A DNA stretch of 50,856 nt from Synechococcales cyanobacterium VAR_4_metabat_354 (lineage in GTDB: Bacteria > Cyanobacteriota > Cyanobacteriia > Cyanobacteriales > Chamaesiphonaceae): positions 1-50,856 of the forward strand of contig JANOQI010000009.1 in the NCBI GenBank assembly GCA_031414775.1, in the 5' to 3' direction. The position numbers and the translations under genes are program-made. Positions 20,080 to 32,700 of this stretch are shown piece by piece; position 1 is the first letter of the stretch, and each line of letters opens with the position of its first letter. The notes beneath the pieces were generated by a model. That model made no database searches. It had not been told where the DNA came from and worked only from the letters and a program-made list of their open reading frames with translations.

Positions 20080-20946
20080 ATGAATACCCAACAGTCTTTA
20101 TTGAGCAGATTTGAGGGCGCTTTGGTCGGTTTGTCTGCCGCCCAACAAGCCCGGATTGGTAAATCTAATTCCACCGATGGCCTGAGGAACACTTTTAAAA
20201 ATTATGTGTTGCTTACCAGTGCCAGTATTGAAAGCATTATTCACTGTCGGTCTGTCAATCTTAATGACTGGCAGCTAGCTACCAACCGACTAATTAGTGA
20301 TGAGCAGATCATGATAGCCATTCTGCCGATCGCACTCTACCTCCATGAAGATATCCCGCGCTTACAAGCCGCTATTCAAGAAATTGGCAATTTCCACAAA
20401 CTGGATTCAGAAAGCATTGCTAGTATGATGTTCTTGGCAACGGGGATTTCCTATCTGTTGACTGAACGCTGCCAACCAATAAATTTTATTCCGCAAATAC
20501 TATCAGGCTCGCTATCACCAGAAACGTTAGTCTATCGACAAATGCAACTGGTTCACGACCAAGTCATCGTTAATTCGGTGCCCACTAATATCACCAAGTT
20601 GATTGGGGCGATCACCTTAGCCAATCAGCCTTATCTGATGCCGATCTCCATGGCCACTTATTGTTTTCTGTGCAATCCCACTAGTCTGCGGCTCGCTACT
20701 CAACGTGCTGCCCATATTCCACAGCAGCCGCCTCTGACTCTGGCGCTCACTGGCATCTTAGTTGGTGCCGCTCAAGGGCTAACCTCAATACCTCCTAGCT
20801 GGTGTATTAGTGACGGATCGGTTACGGAGCTTTTAATTCAACTATCAACGAGGCTATTGGCAGCCTGGGCTGGGGTTTACCCGCCAGAAATGGGTTTAGA
20901 GCCTCACCAGTTGATCGCTGCCCCAAATGTCATCCAAAGGCGTTAA
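20080..20946 (+). CDS. ADP-ribosylglycohydrolase-fold protein, apparently degenerate
   Basis: RFEGALVG and LTGILVGAAQGLTSIP.SW retained; Asp-rich metal motifs not visible; ATG 20080 preferred. Confidence 0.65.
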   Translation: MNTQQSLLSRFEGALVGLSAAQQARIGKSNSTDGLRNTFKNYVLLTSASIESIIHCRSVNLNDWQLATNRLISDEQIMIAILPIALYLHEDIPRLQAAIQEIGNFHKLDSESIASMMFLATGISYLLTERCQPINFIPQILSGSLSPETLVYRQMQLVHDQVIVNSVPTNITKLIGAITLANQPYLMPISMATYCFLCNPTSLRLATQRAAHIPQQPPLTLALTGILVGAAQGLTSIPPSWCISDGSVTELLIQLSTRLLAAWAGVYPPEMGLEPHQLIAAPNVIQRR

Positions 20947-21086
20947 AAGAGTATAACTGCCAGCACTAGCTAGTTCTATCTACTGAAGCAGTAATAAGTA
21001 AAAAATCTGCAAATTTTTTTTAAGTATTGTTGCCGGTCGATGATACAATCAACCTTGGTCTGGCTCAAGGTAACGTTTAATCTACT

Positions 21087-21545
21087 GTGAAACCAACAGA
21101 AAGCGTGGCAATCAACGCAAGCTCTGAGGGTGATCAATCTGTAGCGGCGCAAGCAACTACATTTTCATCTGATAGCGCAATGACAGAGTATGTAAAGCTC
21201 AAACGCGAGTTGTACATTACGACCGTAGTTATTGGTATTGTAGTATTTGTTTCGGTCTGGCTGGCTTACGAGTTAAATGTTGCTCTCAACTATTTGTTGG
21301 GGGCTATTGTCGGCTTAGTGTATGTCAGAATGTTGGCGCGAGAAGTAGAAAAGTTAAGCTACGAAAAAAGAGGATTGAATAACAATCGTCTTGGTCTGTT
21401 TGCAGGAGTCATGATCCTGGCTATACGAGTACCTCAGTTGCAAGTATTGCCGGTTTTTTTGGGTTTTCTGACTTACAAAGTAGCACTGCTAATCTACACT
21501 TTACGTATCTTTCTACTGCCATCCGATCGACCATCTTCAAATTGA
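21087..21545 (+). CDS. atpI: ATP synthase protein I (Atp1)
   Basis: First gene of the operon; ALNYLLGA, FLGFLTYKVA. Confidence 0.88.
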   Translation: MKPTESVAINASSEGDQSVAAQATTFSSDSAMTEYVKLKRELYITTVVIGIVVFVSVWLAYELNVALNYLLGAIVGLVYVRMLAREVEKLSYEKRGLNNNRLGLFAGVMILAIRVPQLQVLPVFLGFLTYKVALLIYTLRIFLLPSDRPSSN

Positions 21546-21591
21546 TGAGCTATTGCTCATTTGACCCTCACTCTCTGGGGACCGCTCCTGA

Positions 21592-22350
21592 ATGGAAATG
21601 TTAGGTGTTTTAAACAACATAAACCTTTTGCCCCTGGCCGAACTTGATGTCGGCAGTCATCTGTACTGGCAAATTGGTGGTTTGAAAGTACATGGACAAA
21701 TATTACTGACATCCTGGTTTGTGATAGCAATCCTCTTGGGTCTGTCTTTCTTGGGTACTCGTAATATGCAGCGCATTCCTAGCGGTTTGCAAAATCTGCT
21801 GGAGTACGTCTTGGATTACATTCGAGATCTTGTGAAAAACCAAATCGGCGAAAAGGAATATCGTCCCTGGGTGCCATTTATCGGCACCTTATTTCTGTTC
21901 ATCTTCGTATCCAATTGGTCTGGTGCTTTGCTGCCTTGGAAGCTAATTCACTTACCATCTGGTGAGTTGGCTGCTCCTACCAGTGACATCAATACCACCG
22001 TGGCTTTGGCGCTGCTGACTTCTTTAGCTTATTTCTATGCTGGTTTTCGCAAACGCGGCATCGGATACTTTGCTAAATATGTTGAGCCTGCTCCTTACCT
22101 GTTGCCAATTAATATCCTAGAGGATTTTACAAAGCCTCTTTCCCTTAGCTTCCGGTTATTCGGTAATATCCTGGCGGATGAATTGGTAGTAGCTGTATTG
22201 GTACTATTAGTCCCGTTATTTATCCCTTTACCCGTAATGTTGTTAGGGCTATTTACCAGTGCGATTCAAGCATTGGTGTTTGCCACCTTGGCAGCAGCCT
22301 ATATCCATGAGGCAATAGAAGGTCATGGCGGCCACGAAGAAGAACATTAA
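21592..22350 (+). CDS. atpB: ATP synthase F0 subunit a
   Basis: [16 protein letters not shown]. Confidence 0.97.
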   Translation: MEMLGVLNNINLLPLAELDVGSHLYWQIGGLKVHGQILLTSWFVIAILLGLSFLGTRNMQRIPSGLQNLLEYVLDYIRDLVKNQIGEKEYRPWVPFIGTLFLFIFVSNWSGALLPWKLIHLPSGELAAPTSDINTTVALALLTSLAYFYAGFRKRGIGYFAKYVEPAPYLLPINILEDFTKPLSLSFRLFGNILADELVVAVLVLLVPLFIPLPVMLLGLFTSAIQALVFATLAAAYIHEAIEGHGGHEEEH

Positions 22351-22406
22351 AGATGCTCTGCGCTTTAGCGCTTTCTCTGTAAATTATTAACCGTTTTCTA
22401 AATTAA

Positions 22407-22664
<258 letters not shown>

Positions 22665-22761
22665 ATTCTAAGCTGGCTTGACGTTGGATAACGGTTATAG
22701 GACTGTGAAACTCTCCAGTCCGACCTTCTCCAAAATAGTTAATCTTATTTTTTAGGAAAGC

Positions 22762-23253
22762 ATGATCATGATCCCCCACACAATTTTGTTGGCTGCAGAA
22801 GCAGTAGCGAAAGAGGGCGGTTTGTTCGATTTCAATGCGACGCTGCCAGTGATGACTATTCAATTTATCGTGTTAGCCGCTTTACTGAATGCCTTGTTTT
22901 ACAAGCCTGTTGGTAAAATGATTGACGATCGCGATGAATACATCCGCAGTAATTCGCTTGGAGCAGACGATCGCTTGGTGGAAGCCCAAAAGTTGACGAA
23001 GCAATTTGAAGCTGATTTAGCCGATACCCGGCGGCAGGCACAGGCAGTAATTGCCAAGTCTAAAGCTGAAGCTCAAAAAATCGCTAGCGAAAAAATTGCT
23101 GTCGCTCAACAGCAGGCTCAAGCCGAGCGGGAGAAAGCTTCTAATGAAATTGAGCAGCAAAAGCAGGCCGCTTTTTCGACCTTAGAAAAAGAAGTTGATG
23201 CTTTGAGCCAGCAAATTCTCACGAAGTTGTTAGGAGCAGAGTTAGTTAAATAA
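22762..23253 (+). CDS. atpF2: ATP synthase F0 subunit b' (cyanobacterial atpG)
   Basis: [11 protein letters not shown] followed by a coiled coil. Confidence 0.94.
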   Translation: MIMIPHTILLAAEAVAKEGGLFDFNATLPVMTIQFIVLAALLNALFYKPVGKMIDDRDEYIRSNSLGADDRLVEAQKLTKQFEADLADTRRQAQAVIAKSKAEAQKIASEKIAVAQQQAQAEREKASNEIEQQKQAAFSTLEKEVDALSQQILTKLLGAELVK

Positions 23254-23331
23254 CTCTTACCCGCATTAAAAAAATAACGACGGGCGGCGCTAGCGCCAAC
23301 CGTTAAGTCACAAATAGATTAAAGAAATATC

Positions 23332-23852
23332 ATGGCAACTGGCTTATTCCTCGCCACAGAGGCGCATGGTGTTGGTCTAAATTTAAATTTATTTGAAACC
23401 AACATTCTTAATCTCGGCATTGCGCTAACGTTGGTGTTCATTTTTGGTCGCAAGTTCTTAACCAAGACCTTAGGCGAAAGACGAGCGCGAATTGAAACGG
23501 CAATTGCCGATGCTGAAAAACAGCAAAAGCAAGCTGCAACTGCCCTGGCAGAAGCAAAGAAACAACTGGCCGATGCTCAGGTTCAGGCTGCCAAGATTAC
23601 GCAAGAAGCAGCGGCTGGTGCCGAAGTTGCCTACGCTGATATTCTGGCTAAAGCTGCTCAAGATGTGGCCACTCTCCAGCAGATTGCTACTCAAGATGCT
23701 AGCTCCGAGCAGGACAAGGCTATTGCTGAACTGCGGCAACGGGTGGTGAATCTTGCGATCGCCAAGGCTGAAGCGAAGTTACCAACCATGCTGAACGATG
23801 CTAAGCAAACTACGTTAGTTGAGCGCAGTATCAGTTTAGTAGGGAGTAAATA

Positions 23853-23853
<1 letters not shown>
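23332..23853 (+). CDS. atpF: ATP synthase F0 subunit b
   Basis: NLFETNILNL, TM helix, coiled coil. Confidence 0.94.
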
Positions 23854-25977
<2,124 letters not shown>

Positions 25978-25983
25978 AGTCTG

Positions 25984-26004
25984 AGCGGGGGGTAGTCCCC
26001 CGCT
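25984..26004 (+). other. Intercistronic stem-loop between atpA and the gamma gene
   Basis: AGCGGGGG-gtagt-CCCCCGCT, no long U tract. Confidence 0.6.
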
Positions 26005-26036
26005 TCCCTTAATAGAAATAAAAAAATATAGATATT

Positions 26037-26987
26037 ATGGCTAACCTTAAAGCTATTCGCGATCAGATTCAATCTGTTAAAAATACTAAAAAAATTACTG
26101 AAGCCATGCGCCTAGTGGCTGCCGCTAAGGTGCGACGGGCGCAGCAGCAAGTTATTGCTACTCGTCCTTTTGCCGACAGGTTAGCACAGGTTTTATATGG
26201 TTTGCAGGGTCGCCTCAGTTTTGAGGATGTGCAATTACCACTATTGGATGTACGCGAAATCAAGTGTGTAGGTTTGTTGGTAGTTACTGGCGATCGCGGT
26301 CTTTGTGGTGGTTATAACAGCGCGATTATCAAGAAAGCTGAGCTGCGCGCTAAGGAGCTGAAAGCACAAGGCATTAGCTACAAGTTTATTTTGGTGGGTC
26401 GGAAGGCTACTCAATATTTCCAACGGCGGCAAGAACCAATTGTGGAAACCTACATTGGTTTAGAGCAAATTCCCACGGCAGCAGAAGCTAGTAATATTGG
26501 CGAACAGTTGATCTCGTCATTTTTGGCAGCGGAGTTCGATCGAGTCGAGCTTGTTTATACTAAGTTCGTTTCTTTGATTGCTTCTCGGCCAGTGATTCAA
26601 ACTCTTTTACCTCTGACTCCTCAAGGTTTAGAAGTTCAAGATGATGAGGTATTTCGTCTTACTACCAAGGGTGGTAACTTTGAAGTACAACGGGAAAAGA
26701 TGGCTTCCAAGGTGGAAGCCTTACCTCGCGATATGATCTTTGAACAAGACCCTACCCAAATCCTAGAATCTTTACTGCCCCTGTACCTGAGCAATCAGCT
26801 CTTGCGGGCACTACAAGAGTCGGCGGCCAGTGAGTTAGCCGCACGGATGACGGCCATGAACAATGCTAGTGATAACGCGAAATCGTTAATTAGTAGTTTG
26901 ACTCTGACTTATAACAAAGCACGGCAAGCAGCGATTACCCAGGAAATTTTGGAAGTAGTTGGTGGTGCCGAAGCACTACAAGGTTAA
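26037..26987 (+). CDS. atpG: ATP synthase F1 subunit gamma (cyanobacterial atpC)
   Basis: DRGLCG, phototroph-type insertion without redox Cys pair, [11 protein letters not shown]. Confidence 0.97.
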   Translation: MANLKAIRDQIQSVKNTKKITEAMRLVAAAKVRRAQQQVIATRPFADRLAQVLYGLQGRLSFEDVQLPLLDVREIKCVGLLVVTGDRGLCGGYNSAIIKKAELRAKELKAQGISYKFILVGRKATQYFQRRQEPIVETYIGLEQIPTAAEASNIGEQLISSFLAAEFDRVELVYTKFVSLIASRPVIQTLLPLTPQGLEVQDDEVFRLTTKGGNFEVQREKMASKVEALPRDMIFEQDPTQILESLLPLYLSNQLLRALQESAASELAARMTAMNNASDNAKSLISSLTLTYNKARQAAITQEILEVVGGAEALQG

Positions 26988-27014
26988 AACTACAACCCAT
27001 CTGAAATTTTTAAT

Positions 27015-27053
27015 AACAGCCCAAAAGCTCCCTCACAGCTTTTGGGTTGTTTT
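27015..27053 (+). terminator. atp operon terminator
   Basis: AACAGCCCAAAAGCT-N7-AGCTTTTGGGTTGTT then TT. Confidence 0.8.
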
Positions 27054-27120
27054 GTCCTGAGAGATTTATGTTAGCCTAATGCAATTGCCATTAATTACTA
27101 ATACTAATAAGCAGCTATTC

Positions 27121-28122
27121 ATGTCCAACCAGACAAATGAGGGAGCCAGTCGTTGGCCAAGGCGGAAGATTTTACAGTGGGGTCTGAGTGCTGGTTTAGG
27201 ATCGATCGGAATGGCCTGCGGATGGCAGTTGATGAATCGCCGGCGCCAAACGAAGATTCCATACATGCCCGAAATGAGTGGTAACTTGGCTCATAGCGGC
27301 TTTAGCCCTGTCAAATATCTGCGCAGCTTCGACTACGGCACCGTCACCCAAGAGAATGGTCGGACAGTGCGCGAGTTCCGCGTTGAGGCTCGGACTTCGA
27401 CGGTGCAACTCAATAAATCTACTAGCTTTATTACTTGGAACCTCAATGGCCAAGTGCCTGCGCCTACTCTTCGTGCTAAGCAGGGCGATCGGATTCGAGT
27501 TATTTTTTACAACCAAGCTGGCCATGCTCATTCGCTACATTTTCATGGTGTTCACCCCGCAGCCATGGACGGCATTAAACCAGTCAAAAATAAAAAAGTA
27601 TTTATCTACGAATTTGATGCCGAACCCTATGGTGTGCATCCTTACCACTGTCATATTGAGCCGGTTACCAGACATATTGGCAAAGGTCTATATGGCATGT
27701 TGATTGTCGATCCACCTACGCCCCGCCCACTTGCAGATGAAATGGTATTAATTATGGGGGGGTATGACCTCAATGATGATCGAAAAAATGAGTTGTTTGC
27801 TTTCAATGGCTTACCCAACTACTACATGCACCACCCTATTCCTATTCAGCAGAACCAGTTAATACGTTTATATGTACAGAATATGATTGAGTTAGATCCG
27901 GTAGCGACCTTTCACCTTCATGCCAATATGTTTCAGGTGTACCCGACTGGCCGCACGCTTACGCCTACTTATGAAAGTGATGTAATTACGATGGGGACTG
28001 CCGAGCGACATATTTTAGAATTTAGCTTCAAATATCCTGGCCAGTATATGTTTCATCCCCACCAAGACTACATGGCTCAGGCTGGCTGTATGGGTTCATT
28101 TGATGTCCTTGCTCCAACCTGA
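27121..28122 (+). CDS. Tat-exported two-domain multicopper oxidase (probable ferroxidase)
   Basis: RRKIL twin-Arg; HSLHFH, YHCH..H, FHLH, FHPH; start 27121 or 27079. Confidence 0.88.
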   Translation: MSNQTNEGASRWPRRKILQWGLSAGLGSIGMACGWQLMNRRRQTKIPYMPEMSGNLAHSGFSPVKYLRSFDYGTVTQENGRTVREFRVEARTSTVQLNKSTSFITWNLNGQVPAPTLRAKQGDRIRVIFYNQAGHAHSLHFHGVHPAAMDGIKPVKNKKVFIYEFDAEPYGVHPYHCHIEPVTRHIGKGLYGMLIVDPPTPRPLADEMVLIMGGYDLNDDRKNELFAFNGLPNYYMHHPIPIQQNQLIRLYVQNMIELDPVATFHLHANMFQVYPTGRTLTPTYESDVITMGTAERHILEFSFKYPGQYMFHPHQDYMAQAGCMGSFDVLAPT

Positions 28123-28216
28123 TGCTCTTGATTGCTTGAGTTAATATGAATATTCATTATTATTACTATTGCAATCTTTTCGCAAAAAAGTTAGGATTGG
28201 CGAAATAGACCTTATT

Positions 28217-28235
28217 AATAAAATTAATTTTCAAT
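28217..28235. promoter_or_regulatory. Candidate Fur box
   Basis: AATAAAATTAATTTTCAAT; a second candidate ATTGCAATCTTTTCGCAAA at 28168-28186; AT-rich context lowers specificity. Confidence 0.45.
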
Positions 28236-28296
28236 AATTTAAAGTCTCCAGCTTGCTGGCTAACGTTTTCATAGCTCTTATCTAGAACTTATATCA

Positions 28297-29319
28297 ATGA
28301 AATTTTTACCTTATTTTAGTTGTGGTCTAGTCGCCGCTGCTTTCCTCAGCATTAATGCCTGCACGAATGGCTCCAACACTGTTTCCAACCCTTCTCCTGC
28401 TGTTTCCTCGTCGTCTAGTTCCGAATCACCAGCTAGTTCTATGGCTGGTCAGCATGGCAAAAAGATTAATATTAACGATGCGATTCTTTCTGAACTAGAT
28501 AAGCTAGAAGCAAAATTAGGAGTGCCTGCTCTTTCTAACAAAATCCAAGGTAGTCGCCCTTACGGTAAGCCCGAAGAGTTAGTCAGTAAGAAAGTAATTG
28601 ATCAGGCACAGTTCGATCAAATTAAGGATATGGTCACGATCGAGAAAGTGGAGTTGACCGGTGAAGCTAAAGACGTTGATTACATGACCAAGCTGGGTTT
28701 AATGAAAGGCCACCTGCTAGTAGCCAAAGAGCTATTAGACTTGAAAAAAGTCGATCAAGCTGAGCCACATATTGGCCACCCTGTCGAAGAAATCTATGCT
28801 GATGTCGAAGAGCAGCTGAATGAACGCAAGGTGCCAGAATTTAAAACTTCATTGATTGCCCTCCATGATTTAGTGAAAGCTGGTGGTAAAGATGCTGCCA
28901 AAGTAACTACTGAATTTAATACTGCGGTGAAGTCTGTAGATGGAGCGATCGCTATCTTACCAGCGACTCAAAAAACCTCACCAAAATTCGTCCTACAAAT
29001 TATCAATGGTCTGTTAGACACAGCCAACTCCGAGTATGGCGCGGCTATTGCTAATGGCAAAATCAAAGAAGTGGTGGAGTATCAAGATTCGCGCGGGTTC
29101 GTAGTTTATGCTAATGAACTGTATAAAACTATTGAACCCCAGCTCAAAAAGGATAATCCAGCAGCAGCCACGATGATTGGTAAGTCTTTAGTAGATTTAG
29201 CAAAAGCCTGGCCCGCAGCTATTCCACCAGCTACTCCTGTTAAAACTCCAGCAGAAGTTACCAAAATGGTAAAAGCGATTGAAGCTGAAGCTCAAAAAAC
29301 GGCTAAACCGACTGCTTAA
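28297..29319 (+). CDS. Lipoprotein with ComEA/PsbU-like HhH domain and His/Glu-rich helical domain
   Basis: Lipobox INAC; KININ...RPY...EELV; KGHL, PHIGHPVEEIY, EYQDSRGF. Confidence 0.75.
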   Translation: MKFLPYFSCGLVAAAFLSINACTNGSNTVSNPSPAVSSSSSSESPASSMAGQHGKKININDAILSELDKLEAKLGVPALSNKIQGSRPYGKPEELVSKKVIDQAQFDQIKDMVTIEKVELTGEAKDVDYMTKLGLMKGHLLVAKELLDLKKVDQAEPHIGHPVEEIYADVEEQLNERKVPEFKTSLIALHDLVKAGGKDAAKVTTEFNTAVKSVDGAIAILPATQKTSPKFVLQIINGLLDTANSEYGAAIANGKIKEVVEYQDSRGFVVYANELYKTIEPQLKKDNPAAATMIGKSLVDLAKAWPAAIPPATPVKTPAEVTKMVKAIEAEAQKTAKPTA

Positions 29320-29345
29320 TTTAATCTCACTGGAGAAACCGCTTA

Positions 29346-30287
29346 ATGGATTTTAGTTCTGCCCTCCCTACCTTTATCATCACACTGCGCGAAGGGGTAG
29401 AAGCCGCACTAGTTGTGGGCATTGTATTTGCTTACTTAAAAAGATCTGGTAAAACTCATCTCAAAAATTGGATATATTTTGGGATAGGAGCCGGAATTGC
29501 CGTCAGTGCTATGGCTGGGATGGCTTTTGAATTAGTCATCAAGAGCTTGGGAGCCGCCAATCAGCAGTACGCGGGAGCCATTGAACCACTAATGGAAGGA
29601 GTCTTCGGACTACTAGCGATCGGACTACTCAGTTGGATGCTGATCTGGATGGCTCGACATGCTAAAGGTCTGAAGCAAGAAGTAGAAAGTGCCGTAGGTA
29701 GCGCCCTTAAGAGTGATGCCAAAGCTGGCTGGGGGATCTTTAGTCTTGTTTTTTTTGCGATATTGCGGGAAGGCTTTGAAACAGTTCTATTCCTTGCTAG
29801 CAAGTTCCAGCAGGGAATTGTTCCCAGCCTGGGTGCAATCGCTGGTATCGCTACCGCCACCCTGATTGGAATATTGTTGTTTAAGTGGGGAATGCGTTTG
29901 AACATCCGCAAATTCTTTGCGGTAATGGGTATTTTGTTGCTAATGATTATTGCTGGCTTAGTGGTGACATCACTAGCCCGTTTTGATCAAGCGATTGGTT
30001 CCATAGCTCAAATGAATCGAGAATCCCAAAGCATGTGCTTTTTTCATGAGCGGTTTGCCAAACCTGCTGATCGAGACTGTGTTTTGGGACCAATGGTTTG
30101 GAACTTGAGTAAAGTGCTGCCTGAAGAGCAATTTCCTGGCATAGTTTTGTCAGCACTGTTTGGTTATGTACAACGACTATATTTAGTGCAAGCCATTGGC
30201 TATATAGTTTTCCTTGTCAGTGTGGGTAGTATCTATCTACAACCGCAGACTTGGCAATTAAATTGGTTCCGCGATCGTGCCGTATAG
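29346..30287 (+). CDS. FTR1 family iron permease
   Basis: REGVE and REGFE motifs; periplasmic loop with a Cys pair. Confidence 0.92.
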   Translation: MDFSSALPTFIITLREGVEAALVVGIVFAYLKRSGKTHLKNWIYFGIGAGIAVSAMAGMAFELVIKSLGAANQQYAGAIEPLMEGVFGLLAIGLLSWMLIWMARHAKGLKQEVESAVGSALKSDAKAGWGIFSLVFFAILREGFETVLFLASKFQQGIVPSLGAIAGIATATLIGILLFKWGMRLNIRKFFAVMGILLLMIIAGLVVTSLARFDQAIGSIAQMNRESQSMCFFHERFAKPADRDCVLGPMVWNLSKVLPEEQFPGIVLSALFGYVQRLYLVQAIGYIVFLVSVGSIYLQPQTWQLNWFRDRAV

Positions 30288-30304
30288 CTTAAAAAGCCTC
30301 GCTT

Positions 30305-30337
30305 GCAGCAACACACTATTGTGTTGCTGCTTTTTTT
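30305..30337 (+). terminator. Intrinsic terminator after FTR1
   Basis: GCAGCAACACA-ctat-TGTGTTGCTGC then T7. Confidence 0.9.
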
Positions 30338-30400
30338 GGCTAATAAAAATCAGGTTGGCCATCTTATTGAGTAGTAGTTATCGCTGAGCTTTATAAAATT

Positions 30401-30419
30401 ATTGCTAATCATTATCAAT
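30401..30419. promoter_or_regulatory. Fur-family box upstream of efeU
   Basis: ATTGCTAAT-C-ATTATCAAT, 9-1-9 palindrome with one mismatch. Confidence 0.75.
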
Positions 30420-30480
30420 ATAAGTCATAATGATTTTAACTTAATGATTATCTTAAAAGAGTTTGGAGTGAGTAAGCTTT

Positions 30481-31308
30481 ATGCTAGTTCCATTTTTGAT
30501 CATGCTACGTGAGGGGATTGAAGCTGCCCTAATCGTTGGAATTATTGGTAGCTACCTACGGCAGACTGGCAATGGGCAGTGGATGAAGCCAGTTTGGTTG
30601 GGTGTCGTATTGGCTATCTTTTTATGTTTTGGCCTTGGTGTCATTCTCAAAACTACAAGTAGTGATTATCCCCAAAAACAACAGGAATTATTTGCATCAA
30701 TAATTGCCTTCATCGCAGTGGGGGTGTTGAGTTGGATGGTGCTGTGGATGAAGCGAGCAGCGCGGTTAATGAAACTCAAGATTCAGGCATCTATTGACTA
30801 TGCGGTAGCTTCTGGAGACCGCTGGGGCATCACTCTGGTGGGTATGGCTTTTTTTGCTGTAGCACGGGAGGGTTTAGAATCAGTATTTTTTCTCTTGGCC
30901 ACTTTCGAGCAGAATGTCGGTATCGAAGCTCCCATTGGTGCAATTCTTGGTCTAATGGCTTCGATTTTGATCGGCTTCGGTATTTATCAAGGTGGCGTTA
31001 GAATCAATCTTCAACACTTTTTTCGCTGGACAGGATTGTTCATCTTGTTTGTGGCAGCGGGTCTACTGGCCAGTGCCTTCCGAGCTGCTCACGAAGCTGG
31101 GGTCTGGAATCTTTTTCAAGATGTCGTGTTTGATGCCAGTAGCATTCTGCCAACGAATGGTCTGGTCGGGACTGTGCTAGCTGGCATACTAGGTTATAGC
31201 GATACTCCAACGGTGACGGAGGTGGTTGCTTACTTCGGCTACTTAATTCCAATGCTATTCCTATTCCTTACCACCAGTAAAAATGCTAAAACGGCGGCTT
31301 CATCTTAA
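30481..31308 (+). CDS. efeU: Iron permease EfeU
   Basis: MLVPFLIMLREGIEAAL, PQKQQELF, AREGLES, HEAGVWN. Confidence 0.92.
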   Translation: MLVPFLIMLREGIEAALIVGIIGSYLRQTGNGQWMKPVWLGVVLAIFLCFGLGVILKTTSSDYPQKQQELFASIIAFIAVGVLSWMVLWMKRAARLMKLKIQASIDYAVASGDRWGITLVGMAFFAVAREGLESVFFLLATFEQNVGIEAPIGAILGLMASILIGFGIYQGGVRINLQHFFRWTGLFILFVAAGLLASAFRAAHEAGVWNLFQDVVFDASSILPTNGLVGTVLAGILGYSDTPTVTEVVAYFGYLIPMLFLFLTTSKNAKTAASS

Positions 31309-31342
31309 TAAACTTTACGTAGTCTAAATTATTTAAACAATC

Positions 31343-32239
31343 ATGAAATTTTTATCCATTCGATCGAACATCCTTATTTTTTGTCTATTGGCTTTAATGA
31401 CTGCTAGCTGCTCCAGTAACCAACCAACCAGTACCGAAAGTCCAAAAGCTGAAATTAGCTTACCAGCAACTACAGCGGCAATCTCAACAGCTCCTGTCGA
31501 TTTAGCAGTACCGATCGCTGAATATAAAGTTTATGTTACTCAAGAAGTTGATCAATTGGTTGCTAAGACCAAAACTTTTACAGATACGGTGATTGCTGGT
31601 GATTTGGTTAAAGCTCAAAAGCTTTATGCTCCTGCTCGTGTACATTGGGAGCGCGCAGAACCGGCAGCTGAATTGTTCTCTGATTTAGATGGCACGATGG
31701 ATCAGCGGGCTGATAAATTTGAGTTAAAAGAGAAAGATCCGAAGTTTACTGGTTGGCATCGCTTAGAACTGATCTTGTTTCAAGATAAAACCACTAAAGG
31801 TACTAAAGAGCTGGCCACGAATTTAATGAAAGATACTCTAGAACTACAAAAACGGATGAAAGAATTAGTCATCGAACCAAAAAATATGGTAGGTGGTGCA
31901 GCCGCACTGATCGAAGAAGTAGCTGCCAACAAGATCAGTGGTGAAGAAAATCGCTACAGTAAAACCGACCTGTGGGATTTTTCAGCTAATGTCGAAGGCT
32001 CTCAGAAAATTGTGGAGTTGTTGCGACCATTGGTACAAAAAGCTGACGCTGATTTACTTAAGCGTCTGGATGGGAGCTTTGGCAAAGTAAACGCTGGACT
32101 TTCTAAATACAAAACGACTGATGGCGGCTATCAAACTTACGACAAGCTTAAAGATGTTGATCGCAATGACTTAAAAGCAGCTATTACTGTTTTGGCCGAA
32201 GATCTTTCCAAGCTCCGGGGTACCTTGGGCATTGAGTAG
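31343..32239 (+). CDS. efeO: EfeO/EfeM-type lipoprotein, imelysin-like (M75) domain only
   Basis: Lipobox TASC; WERAEP.AE, FTGWHRLE, KISGEENRYS.TDLWDF; no cupredoxin domain. Confidence 0.88.
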   Translation: MKFLSIRSNILIFCLLALMTASCSSNQPTSTESPKAEISLPATTAAISTAPVDLAVPIAEYKVYVTQEVDQLVAKTKTFTDTVIAGDLVKAQKLYAPARVHWERAEPAAELFSDLDGTMDQRADKFELKEKDPKFTGWHRLELILFQDKTTKGTKELATNLMKDTLELQKRMKELVIEPKNMVGGAAALIEEVAANKISGEENRYSKTDLWDFSANVEGSQKIVELLRPLVQKADADLLKRLDGSFGKVNAGLSKYKTTDGGYQTYDKLKDVDRNDLKAAITVLAEDLSKLRGTLGIE

Positions 32240-32287
32240 CCTTTAGATCTATTGACTTTTATTTATCTCAATTAAAACGCATAGGTT

Positions 32288-32674
32288 ATGAAGCTTTTTA
32301 ACATTCGATCGAATACTGCTACTTTTATATTGCTGACTGGCTTTTTAATTAGCTGCTCAACTGGCCAGCCGGGGGATAAATCGGCTAAAGATACAGCCCT
32401 ACCTCAGACAGCTATATCAGTTACCGAAAAAGCTTGTGACAAAATGGAGCTAAGCGTCAACAGCGGTAGAAACATGTTTGTCGTCACTAATGCTAGCTCT
32501 AATGCTCAAGTTGAGTGGGAAATTATTGAAGGAGTGAAAGTGGTAGAAGAAGTCGAAAACCTAGCCCCGGGTTTTGTCTACAAGCTCAAGGCTAATCTCA
32601 AACCAGGAGAATATGGCATGATTTGCGGTCGTAAAAGTAATGCTAGAGGCAAATTAACAGTCAAAGCGCTATAA
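32288..32674 (+). CDS. Stand-alone EfeO-type cupredoxin lipoprotein
   Basis: Lipobox LISC; EWEI, EEVENLAPGF, LKPGEY.MICG, GKLTV. Confidence 0.82.
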   Translation: MKLFNIRSNTATFILLTGFLISCSTGQPGDKSAKDTALPQTAISVTEKACDKMELSVNSGRNMFVVTNASSNAQVEWEIIEGVKVVEEVENLAPGFVYKLKANLKPGEYGMICGRKSNARGKLTVKAL

Positions 32675-32700
32675 GATTATCACTACAAAATTCAAAGATC

